Source: Vitrella brassicaformis CCMP3155 (taxonomy: Eukaryota; Protista; Chromerida). Taken from it: a stretch of DNA of 28,502 nt. Under the pieces are notes generated by a model. The model was not told where the DNA came from and searched no databases. It was given only the letters and a program-made list of their open reading frames with translations. Numbering within the stretch: the first letter of the stretch is position 1; the number at the start of each line of letters is the position of its first letter. The position numbers and the translations under genes are program-made. This document shows positions 1-17,523 of the stretch, in pieces. The stretch is from positions 1 to 28,502 of the forward strand of contig CDMY01000709.1 of assembly GCA_001179505.1 (NCBI GenBank), read 5' to 3'.

Positions 1-606
1 CGCCGATAGCCCAGTTCGCCAAGGCCACGTGCCTTTTCGTGTTCGCCTTCGTGTTTGCCTGCCTGCTTGTTTATGTTGGACCTCTCTGCCGCTCTTTTAT
101 CAACGCTCGTGATCTGTGGGACTCTGCTATCCACACAACAACTTCAACACCCAGAGCGTGTGGGAGGTGGATGCGAAAAGCCAACGACAACCACACGGAC
201 CAACGAGTACACACTGAAAAGGATGGATACACACAGCAGCAAAAAAGATCCATCCATACACCGAAAGAGTGATGGTGCGTAGGTGCCAGCCTACCCAATA
301 TCAGTGACGGAGTCCCTCCAGGTAGACGAACCGTCACACACACCGACCAGCCATCACCCGTGGGCAGCACAAGCCACTGACACACAGATCCACATGCCAA
401 TGGGCGATGTGTGGGTGCAGTGGGTGCAACCGTACCAAGTGCCAGGGCCAAAACGGCCGGCGGGAGGGACAGGCGGCATCACATCACGACACCATCACTG
501 TACACAGCACATGAGAGAGGTGAAATGCAGCACCAGCATGTCCGTGTCCGATACACGTACCTGGATATCATGACAAGGGTGCCACAAAGCCGCCATGGAC
601 ATGATG

Positions 607-1047
607 TTGGTTGGTTGGTTATTGTGTTTAACGAGACTCGTGTCTGTAACCCCGGAGGGATCCTGCTGTCTCCCCACTAGCTAACGACGGAGGAAACCCT
701 AAAGGTGCACATTTAGGGTTTCCTTTTTGGCTTCATGGCGATGTCAAGCGCCCGCTGGTGGTTCGAATGGTGTGCTTCTCGAGTCGCGCGGCACAGTATC
801 TCGCGAGCATAGTGCAATTCGATCAAGATCTGGGCCCATGGGACATTCAAACCCTAAACCCTGAACCCCAACGGAGCGGGTTCAGGCTTCTGTTGCAGAA
901 CCTATAAAGACGTGCGCCGAGGTGGCGTTGTCAACCTTATTACTTTGCCCGCTCCAGCTTGAGCTCCTCGGGATCCACGGCCGCCGAAGGCGGCCGGCAC
1001 AATACTAGTCTCACGCACTAAACTAGCAGCTCTGCATGTACACGGCC
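607..1047 (-). repeat. Short dispersed repeat copy A, split by the Helitron-like insert (607-~670 and 1009-~1047)
   Basis: 607-660 matches 10502-10555 at 49/54 nt. 1009-1024 matches 10565-10580 at 15/16 nt. Confidence 0.85.
661..1008 (+). mobile_element. Non-autonomous Helitron-like element (~340-348 bp)
   Basis: 3' end: perfect GC hairpin CGGCCGCC-GAA-GGCGGCCG (978-996), 8 nt spacer, CTAG (1005-1008), then host T (1009). 5' end: TC at 661 after host A660 (alternative TC at 669/671). It interrupts a repeat that is contiguous at 10502-10600. No ORF. Confidence 0.7.
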
Positions 1048-4000
1048 TGTCTACCCCTCCCTGCACTGGCACCAGCGGACAAACAGATGGCAACAGAGAG
1101 CACCGGCTGCCTTGTAGAACGTTGACAAACACCGATTCCGGCTACATACACAAGAACGGGCGCTGTCGCCCAGCAAGAGCCATGGCAAATGTACAGAAGC
1201 CAGAAGGGGGAAGTAGAAAAATGAGCGCCCTCTGAGCCATCAAAGCAACAATCAGCCAATCACATGAATACACCACCATATACACACGGGACCCATAGGG
1301 AAGGAAGAGAGGAAGATAGCAAAGGGAGAGAGAAGGAAACAGCCAGTCAGGCCATGAGGCCCTGCAACATATGATAGACAATACCTAAGGTGCACTCCAT
1401 CCCTTCACACAGCACTGAGTCTCATGTTGTCCATTGTATCGCTCTCTTCGTGACACACTGCACACAGTTATTGGCCGGCATGTGATGGATCAGTGGGCAG
1501 CACGGTGTGATCTAAGTCGATAGGCACTTGGCAGATGTGAGGCATCGCGCCGACCAGTCGGGCACCGTAAAACGATACGGTGGGCCGACGGCCAGAAAAA
1601 GACGCCCACAACAGTCCATAGCCCCGACCGAGCACACCCAGACACACGGACCACAGACGAGTGTATGCACACAGGGCGAAACAAACCCATGCCCACACAC
1701 ACAAAGAATGGGCACGAAAAGGGCCCTATACACACGTGAGCAGCACCTCACGACACTTTGCCTACAGCGGGAACATTCGGCACGATATTTTTACGTCCTA
1801 CAGGATATTTAAGCATAAATCGCTTCAGTCCGAGCACAAAGGCTGGCCGTCACAGGTAGTGAGCTCCCAGACGCCTTCAGAAATAGTGTCGTCAACAGCC
1901 GCGACACGAGAGCACACAGGAGGGTACTCACAGGCACCTCTTTGAGCGCCTCAGGGGCGACAATGAACGAGTCCTACCCCACGCTTGGCGGGAGAGGAGC
2001 ACTCTTACGCAACCTGCGCTGACCGCATCCGCTTACGGGAGGTGCAGAAAACGCTGCATCCATCGCCTTCCACATGAGCCGAGTTCGGCGGTGAACGGAG
2101 GGGAAGTAGAGGTACATATATGCATGATGGAAACGGACAGAGCGGTGTGGAAAGCCGTCCGGACGGTAATCCCCCGTGTCTCCACGCGATGTGTTGGCCG
2201 TCAAAGGGCGAAGAGTAGCAAACTCAAAACGGCATCACAGAAACCCCGGCCTTGTGGCCTTTCATCTCCGCCCTTGTGCAAGGTGACTTGTGCTTGTGGT
2301 GATGGAGACAAGGGTTCGTTTCTTGTCGGATCTGGTGTCGGATGAAAATGCCGCTTGCGTTTGTTTTCGGCGGTTGAAGTTTCAAGTTGTAGCATCTCTG
2401 ACTGGAGCTTCTCTTTGAGTCTCGAACGGCCGAAGGTAGATTGAGGCCTTGATGTTTTTATCAGAATGAGGCATCCCGTGTTGGGGAAAATACCTGGAGT
2501 AGACGGATGTCGTCTGAAAGGAAGGCGAACCCCACGGAGCCGGGATTTTCCTTGCCTGAGCCTTGCTGAGGATACGGATGTCTCGGGCCTTGTCTCGGGT
2601 CTCTCCCTGGGGGGATTCCGCCGATGGGAATAGAGACGCTTCGCAGAAGGCAAGGATCGCTCTGGCAGGGAGAGCGCTTTCGAGCTGCTTGCCTGGTCTG
2701 ATGTTGCAATGAGCGATCTGCTGGAGAATGCACGGTTGGCGGCCTTGTAGTTCACGGCTGCCCGCGACTTTGTTCGTGTCGAAACTGACCGCATGGATGT
2801 CAATTCCGGACGATGCCTCTTCATTCACGGATGTTTTGATCAGTTCACGTGCCATAAACTCGCCGACGCATCTATTGACCCTTCCCTCATAGCGTACAGT
2901 CCGGCGGTCGTTTCTTTGTTGATGTGTCTCACATATTCGAGAACGGATTTCGAAGCTGAGGGAGCGCAGCCTTGCAAAGGCCCTCCCTGTTGCTTCATCA
3001 AAGTGTCGGCTTACCGTCAAACCTCCACTTTCTCTCCTTGTTAGGCCTTTCTTTCGTGAAGTGCATAGGCCTTTACACAAATAGGCAGAGCATCTTTCTC
3101 CCTCTTTGTAAACCCCAATCATCGCAACAAGCCGTGTCTCAGAGTGTCTCAGACGGCTCTGTAGTTAAGTCACATCATGTGTTACTTTCAGTAACACATG
3201 TGACACTTGGCACTTGACAACGACAAAGAAAGAAAGGCTCTCAGGCACAAAACACTGTGCACCATTTTTCACACGGCTCTGGCCGGGGGTGGCACTGGGT
3301 GGTACTCAAACGGAGGCCGAGCGGAAGCATATGCATGGTCCAAAAAGAGCAGAGCGGCGTGAAGTCGCCCCTGACGGTGATCCACACGCTTCAAATCCAC
3401 AGAGCTGGGGGAAGAAGAAAGCGAATTTATCCCGATTCAGGCAGGCCTAAAGTGTGGTGTGCTGCCGATGACAAACAGCTGATGGAACATCTGAACTATA
3501 GCTCGGATTGAAGGCTTAAGTTGAACTGATCCGGAAATAGCCAATGGCCAACGGAGGCAGTACCGTCTTGACAAGATTTACACGAAAGACCGGCAACTGA
3601 GCCCCTCGAGGTGGTGCGGCTGCTGGACGCCGGCATGTAGTGTACCCCGCGGGCTCTCGAACTCCTCCACGTGAGACCACCGACGGGCAGCCAATGGCGG
3701 CCGTGCCACCCACGCCCATGAAGGGGCCGTTTGATGGGATTCACGCTATAGAGATAGCATTTACTCGACGATTCAATCGACAAGCACAAAGACAGACAAG
3801 CACAAACACACAGACACACGTACGAAGTCTCACACACGTAGACCAGTGACCATGGATTGGGTTTGCGTGTGGCTTGGGTCGACACAACTGTGTAAACTTT
3901 GAGTTCCCAATGGACACTTGCTTGAATCTGAACACAGCATAGCAAGATGTATCATGCATTAACACAATCGTGCTGATTTAGGTCCACAGCTGTGCCAACT

Positions 4001-5567
4001 TTCGGTGGCTGATTCTCTTTCTCAGACAGCGCAGGGCGATGGCCGCTGGCGTGGCACCAGGCGTGCAGACACAGCATGACGAGATGTATCAGACATACAT
4101 GCTTTTGCATCAAATGCATCACAGTCCCGAGAGAAATAAGCAAACGCCGAATTCCGTGTAACGTTAAGCGACACTAGTTTTCGCCACTTTTTGCGCGAAC
4201 GAGAGGGCGCAATTGCAATTGGAAGCAAACTCGTTTCTCGCAGTGTCCGTGCGCATATATTTCATCAACGAGATCTGAAAGAGACCGCACACTTCGTGAA
4301 ACTGATCTGAGGTGTCGTGTGCATAAAACAAAATAAAATTATCCACGTGCCGCCAGACGACGCGAAGAATGCCACGGTCTCTACGCCTCAATGCCTCCCA
4401 GCTTTGTCGCCAAACTCTCATCCACATACAGGGTACTGTTCTCCATTGGCCTTTTTGTTCCGGCTGGAACTGGTCTGCGCTCGTCTACACTCAACATCCC
4501 TCTCTCAAGGCGAATACCTACTTGCAGGTAGATATTGGGCGTGCTAGGTATTCGCAAGGAGACGGGAGAGCGAGTCGTATTGCACATTGTGTCATCGGAC
4601 TCTCTCGTCTTCGTGCAGCCTTTGTTGGTGAACAGACGCATGTCGTTGTGTTCTATGTACATACATGTGTTGTATATACATATGCAGACGCAGTGAAGAG
4701 GTCACGCTGGCTATACATTGCATTGAAAAGACCTGACAGTGCCCTTTGGGCACCCACCGTACAGAAGTTGCGGCTGAGATTGTCCAGCCAGCCTTTCGGC
4801 TCTGCGGGCCGCGTGCCGACCTTGGAGATGTGTTGAAAGGCTGATGTGACCTAGACATCGCATGAAGTGACGCGTTGAAAGCTGATTGTCCGCAAACTTC
4901 GTCGCCCGTTCATACATGCTCTTCCCTCTCATATGTGCAACCTGTCGCACAAGGATTTCGTTGTTCTCTAGAAGCTAGGGGATGCACGGAAGGACAGAGC
5001 ATGGCCCCGCACATTCGCCGCCGTACCTTCACCCCCAACACAGACGACAGTCCACTTGGCGGTTGTGTATATATTGTTGGTGTATCGTTGACCTTTAGGC
5101 AGCACATTGTGCACGATTCTGTGAGCCTATCCGTATACTGCTGGATACTTTCTGCTCGTTGTGCACGTCCAAGAAGAGACATCCATCGACATGATGTGAT
5201 AATAACTATCAAATGGCTGTGTCACTGTCTGCTTGTTTGTGTGCTGTCACTTGCTGCCAGCGCGGATCCGCTCAGTCCCCGATCCCTCCACCATCTCCAC
5301 AATCACCCGAGGAAACACCGAGCAACGATTTTGGTAGTGATGGACGGTCGTGTATGATACTGGAATTGTACGGAACACAAAACCACGCCACCCATACATC
5401 ACCTATTCCCGCAGTCTGAGCTCCCGCTCCGTATGCACAAGCAGCGGACCCTAGCGCACAACACACAGGACAGTCACATCAAAAAGTGAGCCTTCAAGCA
5501 AGCATCCTCGCTCGCCTCTGTGGACACGTAAGATGGACACGATCGCCCTCTCCCCCCCCCCCCCCCC

Positions 5568-5867
5568 NNNNNNNNNNNNNNNNNNNNNNNNNNNNNNNNN
5601 NNNNNNNNNNNNNNNNNNNNNNNNNNNNNNNNNNNNNNNNNNNNNNNNNNNNNNNNNNNNNNNNNNNNNNNNNNNNNNNNNNNNNNNNNNNNNNNNNNNN
5701 NNNNNNNNNNNNNNNNNNNNNNNNNNNNNNNNNNNNNNNNNNNNNNNNNNNNNNNNNNNNNNNNNNNNNNNNNNNNNNNNNNNNNNNNNNNNNNNNNNNN
5801 NNNNNNNNNNNNNNNNNNNNNNNNNNNNNNNNNNNNNNNNNNNNNNNNNNNNNNNNNNNNNNNNNNN
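5568..5867. other. Assembly gap (300 N) flanked by poly-C tracts
   Basis: N run with C16 (5552-5567) on the left and C22 (5868-5889) on the right. Confidence 0.99.
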
Positions 5868-6072
5868 CCCCCCCCCCCCCCCCCCCCCCTCCCGGAGAGA
5901 AAGGCGAAAAACAAATACACCAACGCCATCTCTGAGCACAAATGCGTGAGCACGTACAGAAAAAGTGACTCTGGCGGGCGGGTCCTGCAGCACGTCCACC
6001 CCCCCTCCCCCCCCGCCCCGTCTCTCTTGCTCTCCCGGTGCCTCCCCTTCGTACAGAACAAAGGCTGTAGAG

Positions 6073-9000
6073 CTACGGTCCGATGACCTCACGGTTCTCC
6101 GCTTCCGTCTCCCTCCGTTCCCTTCCGTCACTGGAGTCCTTCGGCCTCGTGCTGGTGGCGTCTACTCTCCGTCTGCCCCGAGTGCACAGGGCGCCTATTG
6201 ACCCCATGCCGTTGCGAGGCCCGAACAGCATGCATAAAGGCAAAAAGAACCCCAGTGAGTAGACGAGCGAGAGGCCAACGGCAAGCATGAGAAGGTAGCC
6301 AAATCGGCGGTAGCCTGGCGACTGACAAAACGCCATGGCGATACCTGATGCAGAACATACCATGTACAGCACTAAACCTAATATCCAGGTGAGTGCTGTG
6401 GATACCCGCCGACGCAGTCGTGACAGCGGCCGCCAGCACCGTCAGAGCCATCTCACGAATAGCATACTTGGTCCGCTCCTCACGGTTGTCACACAGGGAT
6501 CTGACATGCGAGGAACTCGTTCCACAAACGATTGTGTTAGTCTTGTTTGTTTACTTCGGGCAGTGCTGGTAGACATATGAGAGGTGAATGACGTAGTCGA
6601 TGGAAAAGCCAATGGTGCCAATGGTGGTGATGCACTCATAAAAACCAAGACCCCAACCTATAATGACTGCACGTATCATACACGCATTGTAAGGACAAAC
6701 CAGCTTCCCCTTGCCTTTGCCGGGTTATTTGACCTGAAATGAACCCCAGTATGCTGGCAACGATGGCTCCGATGGTGCAAAAGGAGAAGGTCGCTAGGAT
6801 GAGGTTTCTACCAAGGCATGGCAAAAGCTGCTTTGTTCAGGATGATCGAAATTTGTATCTGGTTGTACGTACCTGGACATGACGAGCAGGACGACAAAAA
6901 CGACGGGAAAGACGATGGACAGCCCCTCAAATAGCGACGTAATCACTCCGGTGAGGACCTCAGCGTTAGCCAGCTCCAGACTACCATCGTACGACAAGGT
7001 CATGAGCTCGGACGGCGCCCGAGATCGCAAATCCCTCTCCCACTCATCCAACCAGTTGCCGAACGTCAGCACGTCCGACACCCTGCATACAAGCACACAT
7101 GTTGCGTCAGATGAAGCCTGCTACTGCACTAACCTCCTCCCCACATCGTCACTCACCTATTGAGTGCATGCACAGAGGTGGTGAACTTGACCTGGACCCA
7201 TCTGAGCTGACCACGCTCAAAGCCGATGATCGACGCGTGTCTAGGCACACCATTAGCGTCAAGGTCCTCGCTCTGGAAGATCCTGAGACGACTGGTCATG
7301 CTGCCAGACGATGTCGAGCTGTTACTGGGTATCCACCGACTGAAGTCCTCAAGGAAGCACTCCACTGTGCCTGGGAGAGCCAGTTTGCGGTCACCAAGAG
7401 GAGAATGCCTGACAATACAAGGCAAGCATCAACGGATACAACTTGTGTGATGGTGTGCTGGCTGGACCACACTCACTCGCATATGGGCAGGTCGCACTCT
7501 TTTTGCCGTATCTCTTCGCAGAGGTCCAGGATGAATGCCTGGGCAGCACTGCTCTCGAGGGTGAAGTTGGCGTCGTACCGGACCTCTCCTCTGTACACAG
7601 CTGGGTTCCACTCGGAGAATGGTGGCGGTCTCTCCAGGGACTTGACGCCAAAAAGGAAGGAAACTCTGACAAATGCACCAGGCAGCGACTGACCCTGAAA
7701 CGTCTGGGTCAGACGGTGTGCAACATCTGAAGAGTACAAGAAAACAACGGGCTTTGGCTGTGTGCCGCCAGCCGGCGCTTCTGCATGCCTCATATGACCT
7801 GCCATCATGTGGCCTTGGGAAAACGTCATTTCCTGCACACATGAGAGAGGCATAGCGTGTAGCGACTCAACCATTTCTCGGCAGACTCTCTCAGCTTGCG
7901 TTGTATACCGGCCATGTTTGTGGTGTGATATGGAGCTGACTTGCGAACCATATGTTGATCGCACAGAAGGCCGTAAAGGCCAAGAGTGACGCCCAGCAGA
8001 CGACCTTGACTCCCTTGACTTTCCAAGACAACGGGCGAATATAGATGGCCTCGAGGCACCTCAGCCCCAGACCTCTCTTGGGTGGCTGGCCGTCATCGCT
8101 CTCCGGCACATCGGGGGGACCTTCTGCTGGCTCAGAGGTGCCCAGTGGGACGGATGGCTCCACACTGCCAAAGGCCTGGGAAGATGAGGCAGAGGTTCTC
8201 AGGGTATGCTCGTCGAGGGGCTCTGCGGTGCTGCTAGTGACGGCCTTCGCCATCGGAATGGCGGGTTGCTCCTGTTCACTCTTTGACGAAACAGGGAGCG
8301 GTGACGGACCGTAATCGGCCGGACTCCTTCGTCTGCACTCTGAAGTCTCTCCACAGCACCCCTCTCGCTTCCAACGGTCACAAAGGACGAGCATTGGTGA
8401 CATGAGGGCGAGTGCCCACACCCAGTTGGTGAAGGTGCACAGGCCAATGAAGATCCCGACCGCCCGAAAGGGCATGAGAGGCGAGGACGCGAGGGCAAAG
8501 AAGGCAGCTGCCGTCGTCAAATTCGTGCTGGCCGTCGCAAAAGCAGTGTGGTAGCACGCACCATAGAGATCACTGGAGCAGAGACAAACAGGCACCCATG
8601 TCATGCGCCAAGAGTGCCATCCTCATCATGCGCCCACGTTATTGCTCTCTCGTAGGAAATATCCTTCGGATGCCTTGTTCTCCTGTGAATCCATGTGTCC
8701 CACAGCACCAGCACATTGTCCGCCCCGATGCCGCACAGGAGGAAGAGCGCACCCTTCTGCAGTGTGCCGAAGTAGTCCAGTTGCACTGACCACATCAAAA
8801 GGCGTACATGCACAACGAGCATAGATGAGCCATGAAGCACTGCTGTCCTCATCTTAGTAAGCTTACGGACGAATCTATACAGTACGAGGGCCGTGTTGAA
8901 GGCAAAGAAGATCTGGGCACAGCCTACAAACAACGTAAGACAGGCGGGCGGTGGAGAGGTCTTCGGTCGCCTGTCAGCCTCTTGTGTGTACTGCGCTCAC

Positions 9001-10442
9001 CCATGAAGGCGTAGAGGAATGAATGTGTGTACAGCAGGAAGAACAGGAAGATGAATCCGAATGCTAGCCCCGCCCAGAGGGTGTCCGCGAAGAACATATC
9101 ATACTCTTCTTCGAAGAACAGTAGCTTGTTCCACAGCGCTACGGTCAAGCCTGGCTCAGACTCGGTCTTCTTTGGCCTTGGTGTACCGTCGTCTAGAGGC
9201 ATGCCCCATCCGCGGCCCTGACGATCAACATGGGACACGGACAAGTGCACAAGGCCCTTTGAGACCGTCCCAGTGCTGTATGACCTGATTGAGTCTGAAC
9301 GGGCTTTGGCCGAACGGTCCATGGGGATGCGCTGCCTCGAGATGGTGCAGCATGCCATCACGAACAGACGTCAAAAACGGGATAACCTTCGAAATCTGCA
9401 CAACATGAGACGCATCGAGGAGAGAGAAAACAGCGATCCACCGCTTTTCGTCCAGACTCGACCATACCTGCTCAATTTGCCTGTCCTGCGCATTTCGGTA
9501 TCCATCCAGAGGTAATCCGGCCACGAAGACCACGGACCGCGTTGCAGTCATATCGCCGCCATTGCCCCTCGTCACGTTGCCCTCTACCGGCCCCTCACCC
9601 TTCTTGACGAAGAAGAGAGCCTCTGGATGCTTTGCATAGGTCGACGGCAAATGCAGGCCTCCGTTGATGGTGCGCACATGCTCCTCAGACAGCAGGGGGC
9701 ACGACCAGTTGTGTTCTTGGCCCCCTCTGTCGTAGAACACCCTGACTATGCTTCCCTCTGCCTCGCGACATTGCTGTGCGTCGACAGATAAAGAACAGAC
9801 ATCCCGGTAAGAAGGGTGGGTGTGGATGTGGGCCTCCAGTAGACACATTTGCCTGAAGAAAAGACGAACACAGTGCTGGCTGGTCCTTGTTTGTTTGCTG
9901 GTGCCAACCTGAGTGTGGATGGTGTGAACAGGTCAGCCCCGCCCTCAGCGGTGTAGATGAGTCCCAAGGCCATTTCAGGTATTGTGGTGTATCTCGTCCT
10001 GTTCTCCCAACCCAGCACCGGTTCACTGTTGCCCTCTGCTATCTGCCGCTTGTCCAGACGCTGAGTATGCGGGCCGCTCGTTGGGCGCCAGTCATCATGC
10101 TGATCCTCAGTCCGCAACAATGACGACATTATGTCAGACAGCAGACCCTCTACACGCAGAACGATACACTGCGATGTGAAACATCGACGTTCGGCAAGAG
10201 GGTGTGTCAAGTGCTTGCTTAATGAATGACGTCTCCTCTGCCCTCTCACCTATGGTCCACTCCGCCTTGCTACCCTTCTTGATTGTGGTCGCCATCAGCC
10301 CAAGCGCCACGAGAATTGCACCGAGCAAGAACCATCCTCCAAGCCAGCTTGAGGGTGACGCAGCCACACTGGCACAGTAGCGTTTGGCGAACCACCTTCT
10401 TCGAGAGGCAGCAGGGGCAGCAGGGTGGTCTGGCGGCTCCAT
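6073..10442 (-). CDS. Multi-exon Dispatched/Patched-family (RND superfamily, sterol-sensing domain) membrane protein
   Basis: Exon pieces in order: TM1 WLGGWFLLGAILVALGLMA; extracellular domain 1 (LIYTAEGGADLFTP, TRSVVFVAGLPLDGY); SSD helices (DTLWAGLAFGFIFLFFLLYTHS, GIGADN, TNLTTAAAFFALASSPLMPFRAVGIF); extracellular domain 2 (VSFLFGV..WNPAVYRGEVRYDANF); second TM set (GFSIDYVIHL, REERTKYAIREMALTVLAAAVTT, FGYLLMLAVGLSLVYSLGFFLPLCMLFGP). The start at ATG 10442 is tentative; an upstream exon (10900-~10610) is possible. Confidence 0.85.
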
Positions 10443-10501
10443 CGAAGGTGCCCCTTCAGAAGATCCAACCACACGCACGCCGTACACAGATAATTCGCCT
10501 C

Positions 10502-10600
10502 TTGGTTGGATGGTTAGTGTGTTTAACGAGACTTGTGTCTCTAACCCCGGAGGGGTTTCTGTCATGTCACGCACTAAACTGGCAACATGCACATGCAGCC
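10502..10600 (-). repeat. Short dispersed repeat copy B (uninterrupted); SINE-like or truncated LINE 3' end
   Basis: Colinear with both flanks of copy A. On the minus strand it ends in an (AACC)n-like tail preceded by two small hairpins (AACCCC/GGGGTT; GAGAC/GTCTC). Confidence 0.8.
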
Positions 10601-11434
10601 TCGCGCGACTTTGTTCAACACATGAACCTCCGTGTCCTCTGTTCTGACATCAACACCCAGACAGTCGTAAGTTACCGCCAGTGCCAGGGCGTTCGGCCAG
10701 CGGATAGTGTAGTCTCCTATCTGCAGCTCCCGCTTCATGAGCCACACAGCAGTGTCCTTGATAGTCATAAGCTTGCCGGGTGCCCCATTGCAGAGGTCGA
10801 GGCCCACAGCAGCCAGTAGTAGCCAAAGGAGAGACAACCCGGGGTCAGTCAGGCAATGTCCCAGCCGAAACGACAGACGAAAGAGAAGACCTGAGCTCAT
10901 CTTTGTGAGACACGGCCAAAGAGTGTTTGTTTCCTCTGTCTCTCTCTGTCAGTCAGTTGTCTTTGTCGATTTCTGCTGTGTGTCCGCCAGTCACCAAGCG
11001 CCTCTGGCTCTTAACCTGTCGGATAAATGGCGTGCTCAAGTTGCTCGTAGAGTAGTTGATGACCAAGCAGATGGAGTCAGAGTCTTTTCTCTTTGGAAAG
11101 ACCCAGTGGTGCTCAACGCCATGCGTTGGACTTCCGCCAGAATAGTAGGCTCCGTTTCACGAAGCTACCTAACAAAGCGGGTATTTCCCTGGGCTCTGGC
11201 CAGGGGTAACTGGCCAGACGGTATTATGATGGGTTCTGCTGCTCGTTTCACGTAGCAGCCTAAGCTCGGGCTTGAGTGCCCTTCGACAGCATTGCCCTTG
11301 ATCCCCGATTTTCTTGTTTGTTGAGTGAAGATACGACAGATGCGAAACACCTCCGTCAGAAAAATTAACCGAAAAACCGTAAAACAGTAAACTCGAGTAC
11401 TTAGGAAATTCGTGAAACAGATACATTTTCCAGG

Positions 11435-16937
<5,503 letters not shown>

Positions 16938-17092
16938 CAATCCTCGATGCCTGCATGGATACTTCATTTGAACTCATGCTGCGCTCATTCCCGTACTCTG
17001 ACATGAATCAAGTGGTCAGTAATGTGAATGCACAGACCAGTATATCAACAGCGATAATGTAGTGTCTCTGTACAATCTATCAACCCAATCTA

Positions 17093-17370
17093 TCAACCTC
17101 CCTCCTCTTCTTCTTTTTTTTCTTGCTTCCTCTTCCTCTTCTTCCTCTTCGGGCGCTCCTCCTCTCTATCATCTACGGGCATCTCAACGCCCCCCCTGTC
17201 AAATCGATAGTGCAGCCTCTCCATGGCCCGCGGTGATCGATGGCCCGCTGCAAGGCCTCCTCGTCGCCGTACTTGTTGCGGGAGAAGGACTTGGTCCTGT
17301 GCTCGCCGCCCTCCTGCCATTGGGCCAGCCATCTGTGCTTGCTCTTGTCGAAAAGACTTGATATTGACAT
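17093..17370 (-). pseudogene. ApiAP2 DNA-binding domain fragment, frameshifted
   Basis: LFDKSKHRWLAQWQEGGEHRTKSFSRNKYGDEEALQRAIDHR fits the apicomplexan AP2 pattern (FDK..RW.A.W...G....K.FS..KYG..EA...AI..R). The helix continuation RAMERLHYRF lies in another frame (shift near 17230). The usual GV before FDK is absent. Confidence 0.7.
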
Positions 17371-17523
17371 AATAATGTGTGTCCGTATTCTATATAACGA
17401 TCCCCGTCTACATATTACTCGGTCATATCCATCCATGAAATAACATGTTTGACTGTTAACGTTCAACGTGGTCCACATGCTTTCACGTAACCATAGTCTT
17501 TTGAAACACCGCGCAAGCAGCCC

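Noticed and set aside
728-769. Pol III A-box/B-box-like motifs (TGGCTTCATGG, GTTCGAAT) suggesting a tRNA or tRNA-derived SINE
   Set aside because: Both boxes are imperfect, the spacing is only 33 nt and no cloverleaf forms.
1-2000. Short ORFs and intron-like CA/GT tracts suggesting a minus-strand gene
   Set aside because: No recognisable domain and no consistent exon chain could be built.
3200-5500. Scattered ORFs, including a kinase-like phrase GIRKETGERVVLHIV near 4550
   Set aside because: No further kinase motifs (HRD, DFG) were found; probably chance or heavily decayed sequence.
5451-6131. Long ORFs spanning the N run
   Set aside because: Artefacts of translating through the gap.
10497-10602. 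GCCTC direct repeat flanking repeat copy B as a TSD
   Set aside because: Only 5 bp, and the right-hand copy overlaps sequence also similar in copy A.
10574-10900. 108-codon ORF with a hydrophobic segment as first exon of the Dispatched-like gene
   Set aside because: No family motif and no convincing donor. ATG 10442 already gives a plausible N-terminus. Left unresolved.
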